From IMG/VR virus record IMGVR_UViG_2588253904_000003, positions 12,061 through 76,060 of that record: a stretch of 64,000 bases of DNA; one strand, 5' to 3'. Position 1 is the stretch's first letter. The number at the start of each line of letters is the position of its first letter. This DNA is from a virus. Its lineage: Duplodnaviria; Caudoviricetes. Positions 41,159-51,350 of the stretch are shown piece after piece. The notes under the pieces were generated by a model. That model saw nothing but the letters and a program-made list of their open reading frames with translations. It did not search any database and was not told the DNA's origin. A program made the translations under genes and the position numbers.

Positions 41159-41657
41159 TCTCTTTCCCTCCTGCTGCCCCTATTGCTTCAAATTCCTCCT
41201 GCATTCCTGCGATCAAGCTATCATCTAATGAATTGAGAAGGGCCACGGCCTCTCCATGCCTTCCTTCAGTGATAAGCTGCACCGCCTTCTCTTCTACCTC
41301 TGCCCGGTGATCCATTTCTGCCTGCATACGTTTGATCAGGCCTATTTTTATATCAATTTTCCCCGTTGCTTCATAAAATGGGAGCCTATTTCCACATACC
41401 GGGCACCCTGCACCCGGCTCCACTTTGTAGAGCACCCACTGATCTCCCTGGGGCGCTTCCTCCTGCCCTTCTTTAGTGCATATTGCCATCACATAATCTC
41501 CATTAAAGCTGCCGTTGTGAGAGTATCTGAGAAAATTTCCTACCTCTGCCAGGCTCAGCTTCCCCTCCTCTTTTTCCAATACCAATATACTGTTATCATG
41601 TGCATCCCGATCCCATACCGCCTCAATTTTCTCTGCTATTACTTCATTCTTTTTCAT
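41151..41657 (-). CDS. Hypothetical phage protein
   Basis: CPVCG motif; probable start MKKNE. Confidence 0.55.
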   Translation of the reverse strand: MKKNEVIAEKIEAVWDRDAHDNSILVLEKEEGKLSLAEVGNFLRYSHNGSFNGDYVMAICTKEGQEEAPQGDQWVLYKVEPGAGCPVCGNRLPFYEATGKIDIKIGLIKRMQAEMDHRAEVEEKAVQLITEGRHGEAVALLNSLDDSLIAGMQEEFEAIGAAGGKEIE

Positions 41658-41661
41658 CCCC

Positions 41662-42042
41662 TTATGCCTCCTCAATCTCAATTCTAATTACTCTGTCTGT
41701 ATATCTGCCCCTTCTCTGCCCTGGCCCGATCCGAAACTCTAACCCCATATCATTCAGAATGGTTATGGCTCTTCTTTCCTCTTCCTCTGAATATGGATTG
41801 AAAAACTTAGATTCCTTCCCGGATACTTCCGGGTATCCTAAAAGAATATTCAGGGTTTTCCCGTTGTCCTTTGTGTGCTCAAATCCTGCTTTTCTCAGGG
41901 CCTCCCTGATTTCATCAACCCTGATCTTCCTGGCCGCCGCTCTCACCGTTTTCATAAAACTTTTTTCCACTTCCTGGAGCTTGCTTTCATCCACCTTCCT
42001 GATTGCGTTCAGGAGCTCCTCAATTTGTTCACTTCTCCTCAT
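41662..42042 (-). CDS. Hypothetical phage protein
   Basis: Operon context. Confidence 0.5.
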   Translation of the reverse strand: MRRSEQIEELLNAIRKVDESKLQEVEKSFMKTVRAAARKIRVDEIREALRKAGFEHTKDNGKTLNILLGYPEVSGKESKFFNPYSEEEERRAITILNDMGLEFRIGPGQRRGRYTDRVIRIEIEEA

Positions 42043-42053
42043 GGCTCTCCTCC

Positions 42054-42626
42054 TCAATCCATTGCCTTTTCAAGAATTTGCTTCAGCTCTTCTCGGTGTG
42101 TAAAAAGCATTTTCTTACTTGTTTCTTTGTCGATCTCCCCATTCGTATAGGTTGTAATGCTATTGAGCAGCTCTTCCATGGCCTCAAATTCCTTTTTGTA
42201 TGCCTTATCAAATGCCGCCTCTAATTCTGCATTTTCCGGCTCAGCCTGGTATGCTTCATCCGCTTTATTGGCGGCGGCCTCCAACTCCTCAAATTTTTCC
42301 AGTTTCTTCAGCAATCCCTTCCCGCTTTTCTTCTCCCGTTCAAATCTGAAAAGAAAATCCTCTCCATCGTTGGTACAGCATCCGAAATAGTCATCTGTGC
42401 GGGTGAAATGGTACTCCACCCCATAAAACTGCTTTACCGCCAATTTGAAGATCTCAAATTGTGCAAATAACCGATCAATGTCTTTTCTCAGCCTCTTGTA
42501 TTTCTCCGGCTCCTGCCACTGGCTTGTATGGCTCTTTTCTTCAAGGTAAAAATCTAATGCCTTTACCGTTTCAACCATCTGCCCGCCAAACTCCGTTTTT
42601 TCAAATCTTGCTTTCACTAATTTCAT
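42054..42626 (-). CDS. Hypothetical early phage protein
   Basis: First gene divergent from the repressor; RBS ggaggg. Confidence 0.6.
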   Translation of the reverse strand: MKLVKARFEKTEFGGQMVETVKALDFYLEEKSHTSQWQEPEKYKRLRKDIDRLFAQFEIFKLAVKQFYGVEYHFTRTDDYFGCCTNDGEDFLFRFEREKKSGKGLLKKLEKFEELEAAANKADEAYQAEPENAELEAAFDKAYKKEFEAMEELLNSITTYTNGEIDKETSKKMLFTHREELKQILEKAMD

Positions 42627-42759
42627 GGCTTATCCCTCCATAATTATTTCATTGTGTTTATAGAATACCACAATGTGTTTAAAAGATCAATAGCTTTTCC
42701 TTGAAAATTATTGCAATGTGTTATTTTTCGTGTTATATTATCCTCAGGAGGTGATTTTT

Positions 42760-43227
42760 TTGGATATTGGGGATAGAATTAAGCTCCTCAGAAAAAGGCT
42801 AAATATGAATCAGGCTGACTTTGCAACCCCTCTCGGCCTCAGACAGTCCACCATCGGAAATTATGAGAGCGGATCTAGGGGGATAAGTGATGCAACCATA
42901 TTGGCCATATGCAGAGAATATGGCGCTAGTGAGGAATGGCTTCGCACCGGCTCCGGTGAAATGTTTGCCACTGTTCCGGCCACCGTAGTTTCTGAATTGG
43001 CCAGGGAGCACGATCTTGACGATATGGATCAGGCCATTATTGCTGAGTATTTGAAATTAGATAAGGGGAGCCGGGCTGTATTGAAAGATTACATAAAAAG
43101 AGTGTACCTTGCTTCAGATCCGGATGCTGCCATTGATAGAGAAGTGGCTGCATACCGCAAAGAATTGGAAGCTGAAAAAGGGGAAAAATCATCAGCCTTA
43201 GACACTATAAGAGAAAAAGAGGCTTAG
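42760..43227 (+). CDS. XRE-family phage repressor
   Basis: 'IGDRIKLLRK...QADFA...QSTIGNYESG...WLRTGSGEMF'; probable TTG start after aggaggtg. Confidence 0.88.
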   Translation: MDIGDRIKLLRKRLNMNQADFATPLGLRQSTIGNYESGSRGISDATILAICREYGASEEWLRTGSGEMFATVPATVVSELAREHDLDDMDQAIIAEYLKLDKGSRAVLKDYIKRVYLASDPDAAIDREVAAYRKELEAEKGEKSSALDTIREKEA

Positions 43228-43245
43228 AATAGGGGGGATTGCTTA

Positions 43246-43824
43246 TTGAACGATAAAGCATATTTTATTATTACCCTTCTTTTCGGATGGTGTGGCGCTC
43301 ACAAATTTATCCAAAAGAAGTACGGTATGGGCCTTCTGTATCTTGTTACTTTCGGATTGTTCGGACTTGGATGGGCCGCTGACTGCTTCCGGGCCCTGCT
43401 GCCGGTGCTCCGTCATAAAAATGGTGCTCCTGCTGCCAGTGCTCAGCATGATAACATTGTGGATCAGCTCTGCCTCTCCCTGGATCCTGAATTTGTTTCC
43501 TTCGTTCTGCCCATGATTAAGGCAGGGCTTTCATGGAATAGAATTGAGCAGGCTTACCGCTCTTCTTTTCCTGATTCAGAATGTGAGGATCTTGCCCTCA
43601 GAATCCAGTATGTTGAAAGTTATTACTCAAATTCTACTGAGATCGCAAGCCTGAAGGAATGCGGGGCCTCAAAGTATCGGATCATTTCAATGCCCGATCA
43701 TGAATTATGTGATATTTGTAAGAGATTCAAAGGCCGTACTTTTCCGGTATCCTCTGCAAGGATCGGCTACAACTGCCCGCCCTTCCACCTTGGATGCCGG
43801 TGTACCACCGTTATAGAAGAATAA
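43246..43824 (+). CDS. TM2-domain membrane protein with C-terminal gp7/MuF-like Cys motif
   Basis: 'FGWCGAHKF...GLLYL.TFGLFGLGW..D'; 'CDIC...PPFHLGCRC'. Confidence 0.75.
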   Translation: MNDKAYFIITLLFGWCGAHKFIQKKYGMGLLYLVTFGLFGLGWAADCFRALLPVLRHKNGAPAASAQHDNIVDQLCLSLDPEFVSFVLPMIKAGLSWNRIEQAYRSSFPDSECEDLALRIQYVESYYSNSTEIASLKECGASKYRIISMPDHELCDICKRFKGRTFPVSSARIGYNCPPFHLGCRCTTVIEE

Positions 43825-43957
43825 TAAAAGCCCCGGTTTTCACCAGGGCCCCATGAGGTAATGCTCATGTATTCCGCAAAATATATTGTAGCATTATCTC
43901 CGGGAGCTTTCAATCAGATTCCGGGCATTTTTATGCCCTTTTTTAGGAGATAATAGC

Positions 43958-45538
43958 ATGAATTTTGGAATATATTGCAGAAAATCATATTTTGTTGATA
44001 CTTCAGAGAGCACACAGATGCAGCTCTCCATGTGTAAAAATCATATAGAGCAGCGCTTTCCTGAGGTTGATTCCCTCGCATTCTATGAAGATGATGGTTA
44101 TGTGCGCTCAGATATGGATCGGCCCGGCATGAACCAACTGAAGGAAGATATTGCAGCAGGCCTCATTGATTGTGTGGTTATTTACAAAATAGATCGGGTG
44201 TGCTCCGATATGATGGACTTTTGCACCTTCTACTCTTACCTGAAGGAGCATGAGATCAAATTTATCACTGTTCAGGATGGCATTGATACCACCACACCCC
44301 TGGGAGAGGCCATGATGTACTTGGCTGTAATCTTTTCCGGCCTGGAAGTTCGCACAGATTCCCTCAGGATCACCGATAATATGAACCACCTGGCGGCAAG
44401 TGGCTTTTGGTGTGGGGGCCGGGCTCCCGTTGGCTATGATATTGCCACTATTGACCTGGGGGCAAAATCCCACAAAACGCTCACATTCAATCAGGAAGAG
44501 ATCGACTATAAAAACAATCTTATTGACATATTCTTAGAGAACGGCTTCAGCCTTCAGAGCATGGAAACATATTGCAAAAACAACCGGATCACCTCTTTAA
44601 AAGGCAGCTTCCTCTCTACAACTCAGTTATACAACCTTTTCACCTCTCCTCATTGTGTTCAGGATACTCCGGCCATGTATGACTATTTTGAAGCTAAAGG
44701 CTGCATGATTGATGAAAATTCCCCCCGTGAGAAGTGGGATGGCCAACATGGGATCATTGTATATGGCCGCACCATGGAAAAGCGGGTGAACGGCAAAAAG
44801 CGCCACTCCCTGGCACCGCCTGAGAAGTGGCGGGTGAGTATCGGCTTTCATAAGCCATATATGACGGATCAGCGCTTCTTTTCCATTATGGCCCAATTCG
44901 GGCATAATACTTTTTCAAAGGTTGCAAAGTATGATCTGCCGCTCCTGAAGGGTGTGCTCCGGTGCAAGTGTGGCCGCACCATGAGCATGAGCCGCAAGCA
45001 AAAAGTGGATGGCTCTGTTTCCACCTGGTACTATTGCCCCAAACGCATGAGGGCCGGTGCTGAGGCTTGCGACATGCGGCAAATTAAGGCCGATCTACTG
45101 GATGGGAAGGTGTTGGACGTGTTCAAAGAAATACAGCACAACCCGGCCACCGTCAAAAAATACCTGAAGGACGGGAAAAAGCCTGCAAGGGATTCCTCTG
45201 CCTCTGTCCGGGCCCAAATGGAAACATGCCAGGAAAAGATCGGGAAGCTCACCGCCGCCCTGGCCGTGAATAATGAATCTGCTGCTGCAAAGTATATTAT
45301 AGGGGAGATTGAAAAACTTGATATAGAATATAATACCCTCAAAAGCAAGCTGCTGAATTTTGCCGCTGAGGAAAGACGGGCCGCCGCCCAAATGAAGAGC
45401 GCTATGGAGAAAAGAGAGGCCATCATTCGGCTTTTGGATAATTTTGATAGTTTCACAGCAAATGAGAGGAATGAGATCGCCAAAAATGTGCTGAAGGAAT
45501 GCACCTGGGATGGGGAAACGCTTTTTATTGTGCTTTAG
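43958..45538 (+). CDS. Large serine recombinase (prophage integrase)
   Basis: 'YCRKS', 'DRPGM', 'YKIDR', Zn-ribbon CKCG...C...C; adjacent to att core. Confidence 0.92.
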   Translation: MNFGIYCRKSYFVDTSESTQMQLSMCKNHIEQRFPEVDSLAFYEDDGYVRSDMDRPGMNQLKEDIAAGLIDCVVIYKIDRVCSDMMDFCTFYSYLKEHEIKFITVQDGIDTTTPLGEAMMYLAVIFSGLEVRTDSLRITDNMNHLAASGFWCGGRAPVGYDIATIDLGAKSHKTLTFNQEEIDYKNNLIDIFLENGFSLQSMETYCKNNRITSLKGSFLSTTQLYNLFTSPHCVQDTPAMYDYFEAKGCMIDENSPREKWDGQHGIIVYGRTMEKRVNGKKRHSLAPPEKWRVSIGFHKPYMTDQRFFSIMAQFGHNTFSKVAKYDLPLLKGVLRCKCGRTMSMSRKQKVDGSVSTWYYCPKRMRAGAEACDMRQIKADLLDGKVLDVFKEIQHNPATVKKYLKDGKKPARDSSASVRAQMETCQEKIGKLTAALAVNNESAAAKYIIGEIEKLDIEYNTLKSKLLNFAAEERRAAAQMKSAMEKREAIIRLLDNFDSFTANERNEIAKNVLKECTWDGETLFIVL

Positions 45539-45565
45539 TTTTCCCTGAATTATTTTGATACCCTC

Positions 45566-46018
45566 AGCGATCTTCCGAAAGGAACCGTTATTTTTAATGA
45601 AGCACAGACAAAAGAAATCTTCCAAAATAAAGCGGATACTATGGGCAGCGTTTCTGCAAGCGGCTCTACAGGACAAAGCATTCCCGGAAAACCCACTCTT
45701 CCTCCGCCTCAGCGCCCTGCCTTTTTGGTGCAGCAGGAATTGCAGGAAGAATGCCTTGCAAAAACAGGCAACATTACGGATAAAATTTTATCTCCCCTAA
45801 ATATGCTTTCCCGCAATTGGAAAGACATGGCCGGCCTGACAGGAAACATAAATCATATCAATCACAATGGACAAAACCAGTCTGTCAATGTAGGCGGCAT
45901 CAATATCACCTGTCCCGGCGTTACCAGTCAGGAAGTGGCCAGACAGTTAGGGACAGAATTAAATCATATTTTCAGCGGATTCCATAACTATGCAGACCAG
46001 CAAAGCAGAGTCAGATAA
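45566..46018 (+). pseudogene. Tape-measure-like protein of outer element, 3' part
   Basis: SDLPKGTVIFNEAQTKEIFQNKADT in frame with ORF 45641-46018 and with the 5' part after excision. Confidence 0.85.
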
Positions 46019-46050
46019 ATCACAAATCATTTATAAGAAAGGCTGTAAAA

Positions 46051-46308
46051 ATGGATTTTAAAACAGAACTTTTAAACGCAATCCAGATCATGGTAAACAG
46101 GAAACTTGACGACTACAAAGCAGACCGCACCTACAAATCTGTAGTAAAAAGCATTACCCAAAAAGGATACATAGTATTGGATGAAGCAGGCAGTGAACGT
46201 ATTGTTCCCTGCTGCATTCCCAATCTAACGCTCAAGGCCGGACAAAACGTCTGGCTTAAAGAGCCTATGGGAGATCTGAAAGGTCTGCATATTTGCGGCA
46301 TTTTATAA
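46051..46308 (+). CDS. Small tail-module protein
   Basis: RBS; follows the tape measure gene. Confidence 0.65.
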   Translation: MDFKTELLNAIQIMVNRKLDDYKADRTYKSVVKSITQKGYIVLDEAGSERIVPCCIPNLTLKAGQNVWLKEPMGDLKGLHICGIL

Positions 46309-46340
46309 CAAAAATTTACTGAAAAAGGAGGTGAGCAAAC

Positions 46341-47558
46341 ATGGCCAAACCCTATATTCAAAAAATAACTCCATTTGATGCCGACAAAGATTATGAAATC
46401 TCTTTATCATGGACCGGAAGCCGCGCCCATGCAAACAGAATCATCATCTACGATAATGATACCAACAACATTTTGTTTGATGATACGGTGTCTTCCTTTG
46501 CACTTAAACATACGATTCCCGCTTATACCCTGACCAATGGCAAAAAATATGTAATTCAGGCGCAAACCTATGACGTGGAAAACCTCCCTTCTCCCCTGTC
46601 AGACAAGGTTTTGTTTTTTACCTTTGAAACGCCTGCGTTTTATTTTAACAATCTTCCTGAAAATCACAGGATTACAAATGCCTCTTTTTCGGCTTCTCTT
46701 ACCTATCATTCCCCTGATTGGGAAGACATCAGCACCTATGTGTTTTCCCTTTATGACTCTACCAAAAAGCTGCTGCTTTCCAGCAGCCCGCTGACAGATT
46801 CCTTTGATATCAGCTATACCTATCGGGGACTTGAAAACAATACCGTCTACTATATCAAATGTACAGGGGTTACGGTTAACGGAATGGAGCTGGATACCGG
46901 CTATCAGGAAATAAGTGTTAAATACGAAAACCCAAATGCCTACTCAAGAATCTACAGTACCGCCATCCCCTCGCAGGGGTGTGTACAGGTTGCCACGAAT
47001 CTGATCATTATTCAATATAATGGGACGGAAACCTTCGAATACCCGGATGGAATGATTGACCTTAGAGACAAAACTCTATATTATGACGAGGGATTTTTGA
47101 TTGAAAACGACTTTACACTGCTGATTCGGGGCACACATCTCTGGCAGAATGCGGACATTCTCAAAATGAGCAGCAAAAAAGCTTCTCTGACGCTAAGCTC
47201 CCATATTTACAGCGGCGGAAAGCTCCGTTTTAAACTGCTTGTTCCAAATGGAGTGAGCAGTTATTTATTATATTCCAAAGAGCAGGTTTTTGAAAATGAA
47301 GATATGGTCACAATTGCGGTGAGGAAAAAAGAGAATATCTATCAGCTAAAGGTTTTTGTCTCTCCCGGCTTTTCTCCGGAGGGTAATCTGTGGTATGGCA
47401 CACAGCGTCCTGATCCTGCCCTAATAAAGATTTATGACAGTTGGATTGATACAGAAGGTTCCACCCATGTTGTTTACAAAGAATCTTTTACTACCTTTTT
47501 AGGAGAAACAGAACCCGTAAATACAGTAACAAGCGACCTATGGTTAGGAGGTGATTAA
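46341..47558 (+). CDS. Tail/baseplate protein with Fn3-like domains
   Basis: 'LTNGKKY.IQ', 'GLENNTVYYI' beta-sandwich patterns. Confidence 0.65.
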   Translation: MAKPYIQKITPFDADKDYEISLSWTGSRAHANRIIIYDNDTNNILFDDTVSSFALKHTIPAYTLTNGKKYVIQAQTYDVENLPSPLSDKVLFFTFETPAFYFNNLPENHRITNASFSASLTYHSPDWEDISTYVFSLYDSTKKLLLSSSPLTDSFDISYTYRGLENNTVYYIKCTGVTVNGMELDTGYQEISVKYENPNAYSRIYSTAIPSQGCVQVATNLIIIQYNGTETFEYPDGMIDLRDKTLYYDEGFLIENDFTLLIRGTHLWQNADILKMSSKKASLTLSSHIYSGGKLRFKLLVPNGVSSYLLYSKEQVFENEDMVTIAVRKKENIYQLKVFVSPGFSPEGNLWYGTQRPDPALIKIYDSWIDTEGSTHVVYKESFTTFLGETEPVNTVTSDLWLGGD

Positions 47559-47563
47559 GGCGC

Positions 47564-48493
47564 ATGTTTTTATGTGGAAGTAATTTCGTTGGAGGAGCAC
47601 TGGCATGTGCCATTACTCCTACCAGCATAGAACCAATTCATTATGTTGAGCTGAAAAACGGAGTCTATGATGATCTGTATCTCAGCAAAGCAGTCGATTT
47701 TGAACTTACAGATACCTGCCCTAATGAATGGAACTTTGACACCATACTTTGGGCAAAATTTAACGGAAATGCCAATGCAGGAAATGTTGACTGGAATCTG
47801 GAAACCACTTCCCACCTTATTTTAAAAAGCAGAAATGAAGGAGAATTTAAATGGAAAACCATTGCAGTAAAAGAAATTCATTCTACCGACGATTTTGTAA
47901 TCAATTATCCTGATTACTTTATTGCCTCCGGCCAGACAGTGGAATATGCGGTGGTAAATGTTTTATATGGCGCAGAAGGCAACTACGCAACCACAAAAAT
48001 CACGCCAAAATTCAGTCAGATGTTTTTAATTGAAAATGGAGTTGTGTGGGGAACGGAAATCACAGACGGAAACTGCAACACTACCCGCTGTATTCCCTCT
48101 TCCACTGTGGAACTGCTAAACAGCCGCTATCCCATTTTTATCAGAAACACTCTTGCTAATTATGACACCGGAAACTGCACAGGCTCATTTGTGCCTCTAA
48201 TGGATGAGGCTGGCTGTGATCTGGCCTATGACGACCAGCACGATTATCAGCGGATCAGATATCAGAAAGAGTTTATGGATTTTCTGGCGGATGGAATCCC
48301 AAAGATACTGAAACTGCCTGATGGCAGGCTTTGGATTATCCAGGTAACACCCAGTCCTTCCGACAGCGCAAAAACCAGATATAATGACAGGGAAATTTCC
48401 TGGTCATGGGTTGAAATTGGAGATGTCAACTCAGAGGAAGATCTATATTACCTGGGATTTTCTGAGGTGTCCCCGGAATGGTGGAATAAATAA
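47564..48493 (+). CDS. Tail/baseplate protein
   Basis: 'FL.DG.PKILK..DGR.W...W.EIGD'; synteny. Confidence 0.65.
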   Translation: MFLCGSNFVGGALACAITPTSIEPIHYVELKNGVYDDLYLSKAVDFELTDTCPNEWNFDTILWAKFNGNANAGNVDWNLETTSHLILKSRNEGEFKWKTIAVKEIHSTDDFVINYPDYFIASGQTVEYAVVNVLYGAEGNYATTKITPKFSQMFLIENGVVWGTEITDGNCNTTRCIPSSTVELLNSRYPIFIRNTLANYDTGNCTGSFVPLMDEAGCDLAYDDQHDYQRIRYQKEFMDFLADGIPKILKLPDGRLWIIQVTPSPSDSAKTRYNDREISWSWVEIGDVNSEEDLYYLGFSEVSPEWWNK

Positions 48494-50319
48494 TGGCGGA
48501 CCAAATTACCCAGGAAGATCTGGTTTTAGTACTTTCTCAATCCGCATCTCCACGGCTTGACCTGAAAATTGAAGTTTTAGACCAGAATCAAAAAATCATG
48601 GAAACCATTCATGGGGTGGTAACTGGCAGTATGTCTGTTTCCGGAGAATCGGAGGTAAGGCGTACTGCCAGCCTGACCGTCCAGCCAACCATAACCGAAA
48701 AACTAAAGCTTACCGAAGACAGTCTGCTTTGGCTTAATAAAGATATCCGTATTTTTATCGGCCTGTATAACTGCAGAACCAAACAATATAAATATTATCC
48801 TTTAGGGTACTATGTCTACACTGATACCTCAGGCTCCTATGATGCTGTATCTAACAGTCTTTCCATTAACTGTGCCGATTTCATGAAAAAACTGGATGGC
48901 ACAAAAAACGGACAATTAGGCCCACTGCTGATCAGCTATCCGGCGTACAAAGAAAATACAGAAACAGGGGAAGTGATAGAATACTATACCATACGCGGTG
49001 CAGTGATTGAAACTCTGGAAAATCTGGCACATATCACCAAGCATCGAATTGACGATATTGGCGAATACAAGGCTATGCCTGAATACAATGACTCCTGGCA
49101 GCAATACCGGGAGGAAAATGAAACCTGGAATGCCATCCCTTTTGATCAGGAATTTTCTTCAGGATGCAGTGTGCTGTCCATTTTAACTGCCTTCCGGGAT
49201 CTGTACCCTAACTATGAAATGTTCTTTGATATGGATACCAACACATTTATCTGCCAGCTTAAGCCTATGTGCTATGAGGATGACCTATACCTGGACAACA
49301 GCTTTTTACAAAAGGTGTTGATCTCTGAAAGCACTTCCGTCGACATGACCTCGGTCAGAAACATTTGCGAAGTGTGGGGAAAGGTGATAGAAACTGACTT
49401 TTACAGTGAAGAATGCACCTATTCCAATCATACTTATTCTGCTTCTATTGCCGGATATGAAGACGGGTATTTTAACGGAGACGTAATTGCCTTAAAAATC
49501 CCGGCTGCAAATCAGGCAGGCTCACAGCTCAACATCAATCAGTTGGGAGCTGTTCCCATCTGCAGCGAGGCAGATGACACACCTATTGCAGAAAATGAAC
49601 TAAAGTCCGGTAATGTTTATGCTTTTAAAATAAAAAGAAGCCGCCCTTCACAAGCTAAACCATCAGCTAAATCAACTGTTAATTTAGCTGCTAATAAAGC
49701 AGGCGGGGGCAAACAGGATGTAATAAAAGCTTATCTACTGGGACAATGGCAGGTACATGCCCTGAATGTTTTAACAAACGGAAGAAAAAGTGGAAAACAT
49801 GTATCTGACTCCCACGGACAGGAATATGAATTATACTCCAAAGAATATTTTCAAAAGTTCTATAACTGCCAAAGAGTAGATATGACGATTATCCCCAATT
49901 CCCCTTTTGTGGTAGAAAAGCTTGGTGAAATACCTGACATCAAAACAGGAAGCGAATATGAAAATATTACTTCTGATGATCTGGCAGCAGACAGAGCCAA
50001 ATGGGAAAACTGGAAAAACTGCCGGCTCACAGATCATATCACCATTACAACCGCTCTCCTGCCCTTCCTTGATGTAAACAAAAAAATATCCTATAAACCC
50101 AGTGATTCGGACAGGGAGTATCAATACATTATCAGCTCCATTTCCCATGATTTTTCAGGCTATACCACCACAATAACCATGTACCGTTTTTATCCTTTGT
50201 ATGAAACACTGCTTAAGGAAGCCGGTACTCATAAGGTTTTATCCGAATTCAGTCATGGGGTTTTAAGTAAGTACACCCATGATGAACTTGCTGCAGTTAT
50301 CAGCGAAGAAGAACTATAG
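48493..50319 (+). CDS. Tail hub-like protein (DUF5048-like)
   Basis: 'SEVRRT', 'LRDLYPNYE.FFD'-like motif; synteny. Confidence 0.65.
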   Translation: MADQITQEDLVLVLSQSASPRLDLKIEVLDQNQKIMETIHGVVTGSMSVSGESEVRRTASLTVQPTITEKLKLTEDSLLWLNKDIRIFIGLYNCRTKQYKYYPLGYYVYTDTSGSYDAVSNSLSINCADFMKKLDGTKNGQLGPLLISYPAYKENTETGEVIEYYTIRGAVIETLENLAHITKHRIDDIGEYKAMPEYNDSWQQYREENETWNAIPFDQEFSSGCSVLSILTAFRDLYPNYEMFFDMDTNTFICQLKPMCYEDDLYLDNSFLQKVLISESTSVDMTSVRNICEVWGKVIETDFYSEECTYSNHTYSASIAGYEDGYFNGDVIALKIPAANQAGSQLNINQLGAVPICSEADDTPIAENELKSGNVYAFKIKRSRPSQAKPSAKSTVNLAANKAGGGKQDVIKAYLLGQWQVHALNVLTNGRKSGKHVSDSHGQEYELYSKEYFQKFYNCQRVDMTIIPNSPFVVEKLGEIPDIKTGSEYENITSDDLAADRAKWENWKNCRLTDHITITTALLPFLDVNKKISYKPSDSDREYQYIISSISHDFSGYTTTITMYRFYPLYETLLKEAGTHKVLSEFSHGVLSKYTHDELAAVISEEEL

Positions 50320-50332
50320 AAAGGAGATCAAA

Positions 50333-50917
50333 GTGGCTACATACACGATTTATAAAAGTCTGGAAAAACCAGTCAGCACAGAGCGGTATAATGTGAACGT
50401 GGCAAATAAAAACTGTGATGTAATTGACGCAGAGCTTCATAAACTTGACTTAAAAAATGAAAGTCAGGATAACCTGCTGGCAACAAAAGAAGCCCTAAAC
50501 GCAAAAGCTGACCAGTCCCTGCTGGATGCTCATACCGGCAATACCGTCATCCATGTAAGCACATCCGATAAGGATAACTGGAATGCTGCCAGTGTCCATG
50601 CGGATTCTGCCCACGCCCGCATAGATGCATCAAAGACAGAACCTTCAGAAATAAATGGCAACATTATGCTAAATGGCATTGAAACCACTGTTTACACCCA
50701 TCCCTCCGGCCCCAATCCCCATAATGTCTCAAAAGAAGACATTGGACTTGGTAATGTGGAAAATAAAAATTCCGCTGCTATAAGAGACGAATTAACAAAG
50801 GAAAATGTAATTGCCGCATTGGGTTACACGCCCTCTGTAACAGATGGCGGCGGCATCTCTTACTCCGATTCAGAACCAGACGTACTATCTTCCGGTATGA
50901 CCTGGATCGGCAATTAA
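50333..50917 (+). CDS. Tail fibre-like protein
   Basis: 'H..N..IHV...DK..WN', 'NPHNVSK..IGLGNVEN'; GTG start after aaggag. Confidence 0.75.
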   Translation: MATYTIYKSLEKPVSTERYNVNVANKNCDVIDAELHKLDLKNESQDNLLATKEALNAKADQSLLDAHTGNTVIHVSTSDKDNWNAASVHADSAHARIDASKTEPSEINGNIMLNGIETTVYTHPSGPNPHNVSKEDIGLGNVENKNSAAIRDELTKENVIAALGYTPSVTDGGGISYSDSEPDVLSSGMTWIGN

Positions 50918-51020
50918 TTATGAAAAAAACGAACTTGTTCGTTTTGCAAATCTTATGCCTGTACAATACGCAAAGCTTGTATGAAAGTTTGCACGGCAAT
51001 GGCAGAAATGGAGGAAAATT

Positions 51021-51350
51021 ATGACAGAATTTTCAAACGAATTTAGCAGCTTTCCTTCCGGGAAGATTACAAAACACAACTTTAAAAATATTGACGACAG
51101 CATTGCATCCGTAATTAATCAGATCAATTCCCTGCGCAGTCAGGGATTATACAATCAGGCTGCCCGCATTATTGAGAATAACTCTGATGTGTTATCTCAA
51201 TATATTGCTGACGCTTCCACTTTCAGAACCTGGGAGGAAGAAATATATAATACCCAGATCTATGCAAAGCAGCAACAGCAATCCATCTATTTTGATGACC
51301 AGGAGCCTGACTGCATTGATGGAGACGTCTGGCTTGGAGGTGATGCTTAG
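51021..51350 (+). CDS. Tail-associated protein
   Basis: Resembles the next gene; C-terminal 'EP...GDVW'. Confidence 0.65.
   Translation: MTEFSNEFSSFPSGKITKHNFKNIDDSIASVINQINSLRSQGLYNQAARIIENNSDVLSQYIADASTFRTWEEEIYNTQIYAKQQQQSIYFDDQEPDCIDGDVWLGGDA

Larger units (their letters stand above)
4439..45566. mobile_element. Siphovirus-type prophage (~41.1 kb) with DGR, integrated by a large serine recombinase
   Basis: Lysis-tail-head-packaging-replication modules on - strand; repressor and recombinase on +. TCA core at 4439-4441 and 45564-45566; joining them fuses the flanking ORF halves in frame. Confidence 0.92.

Noticed and set aside
42645-42730. TGTGTT repeats and an attgtg..cacaat palindrome as repressor operators
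   Set aside because: Plausible for the lysis-lysogeny switch but too short and degenerate to call.
4443-45567. 7-bp direct repeat CCCTCAG (4443-4449 and 45561-45567) as the att core
   Set aside because: Recombination there puts the downstream half out of frame with an early stop. The TCA core restores the frame and gives a symmetric attP.
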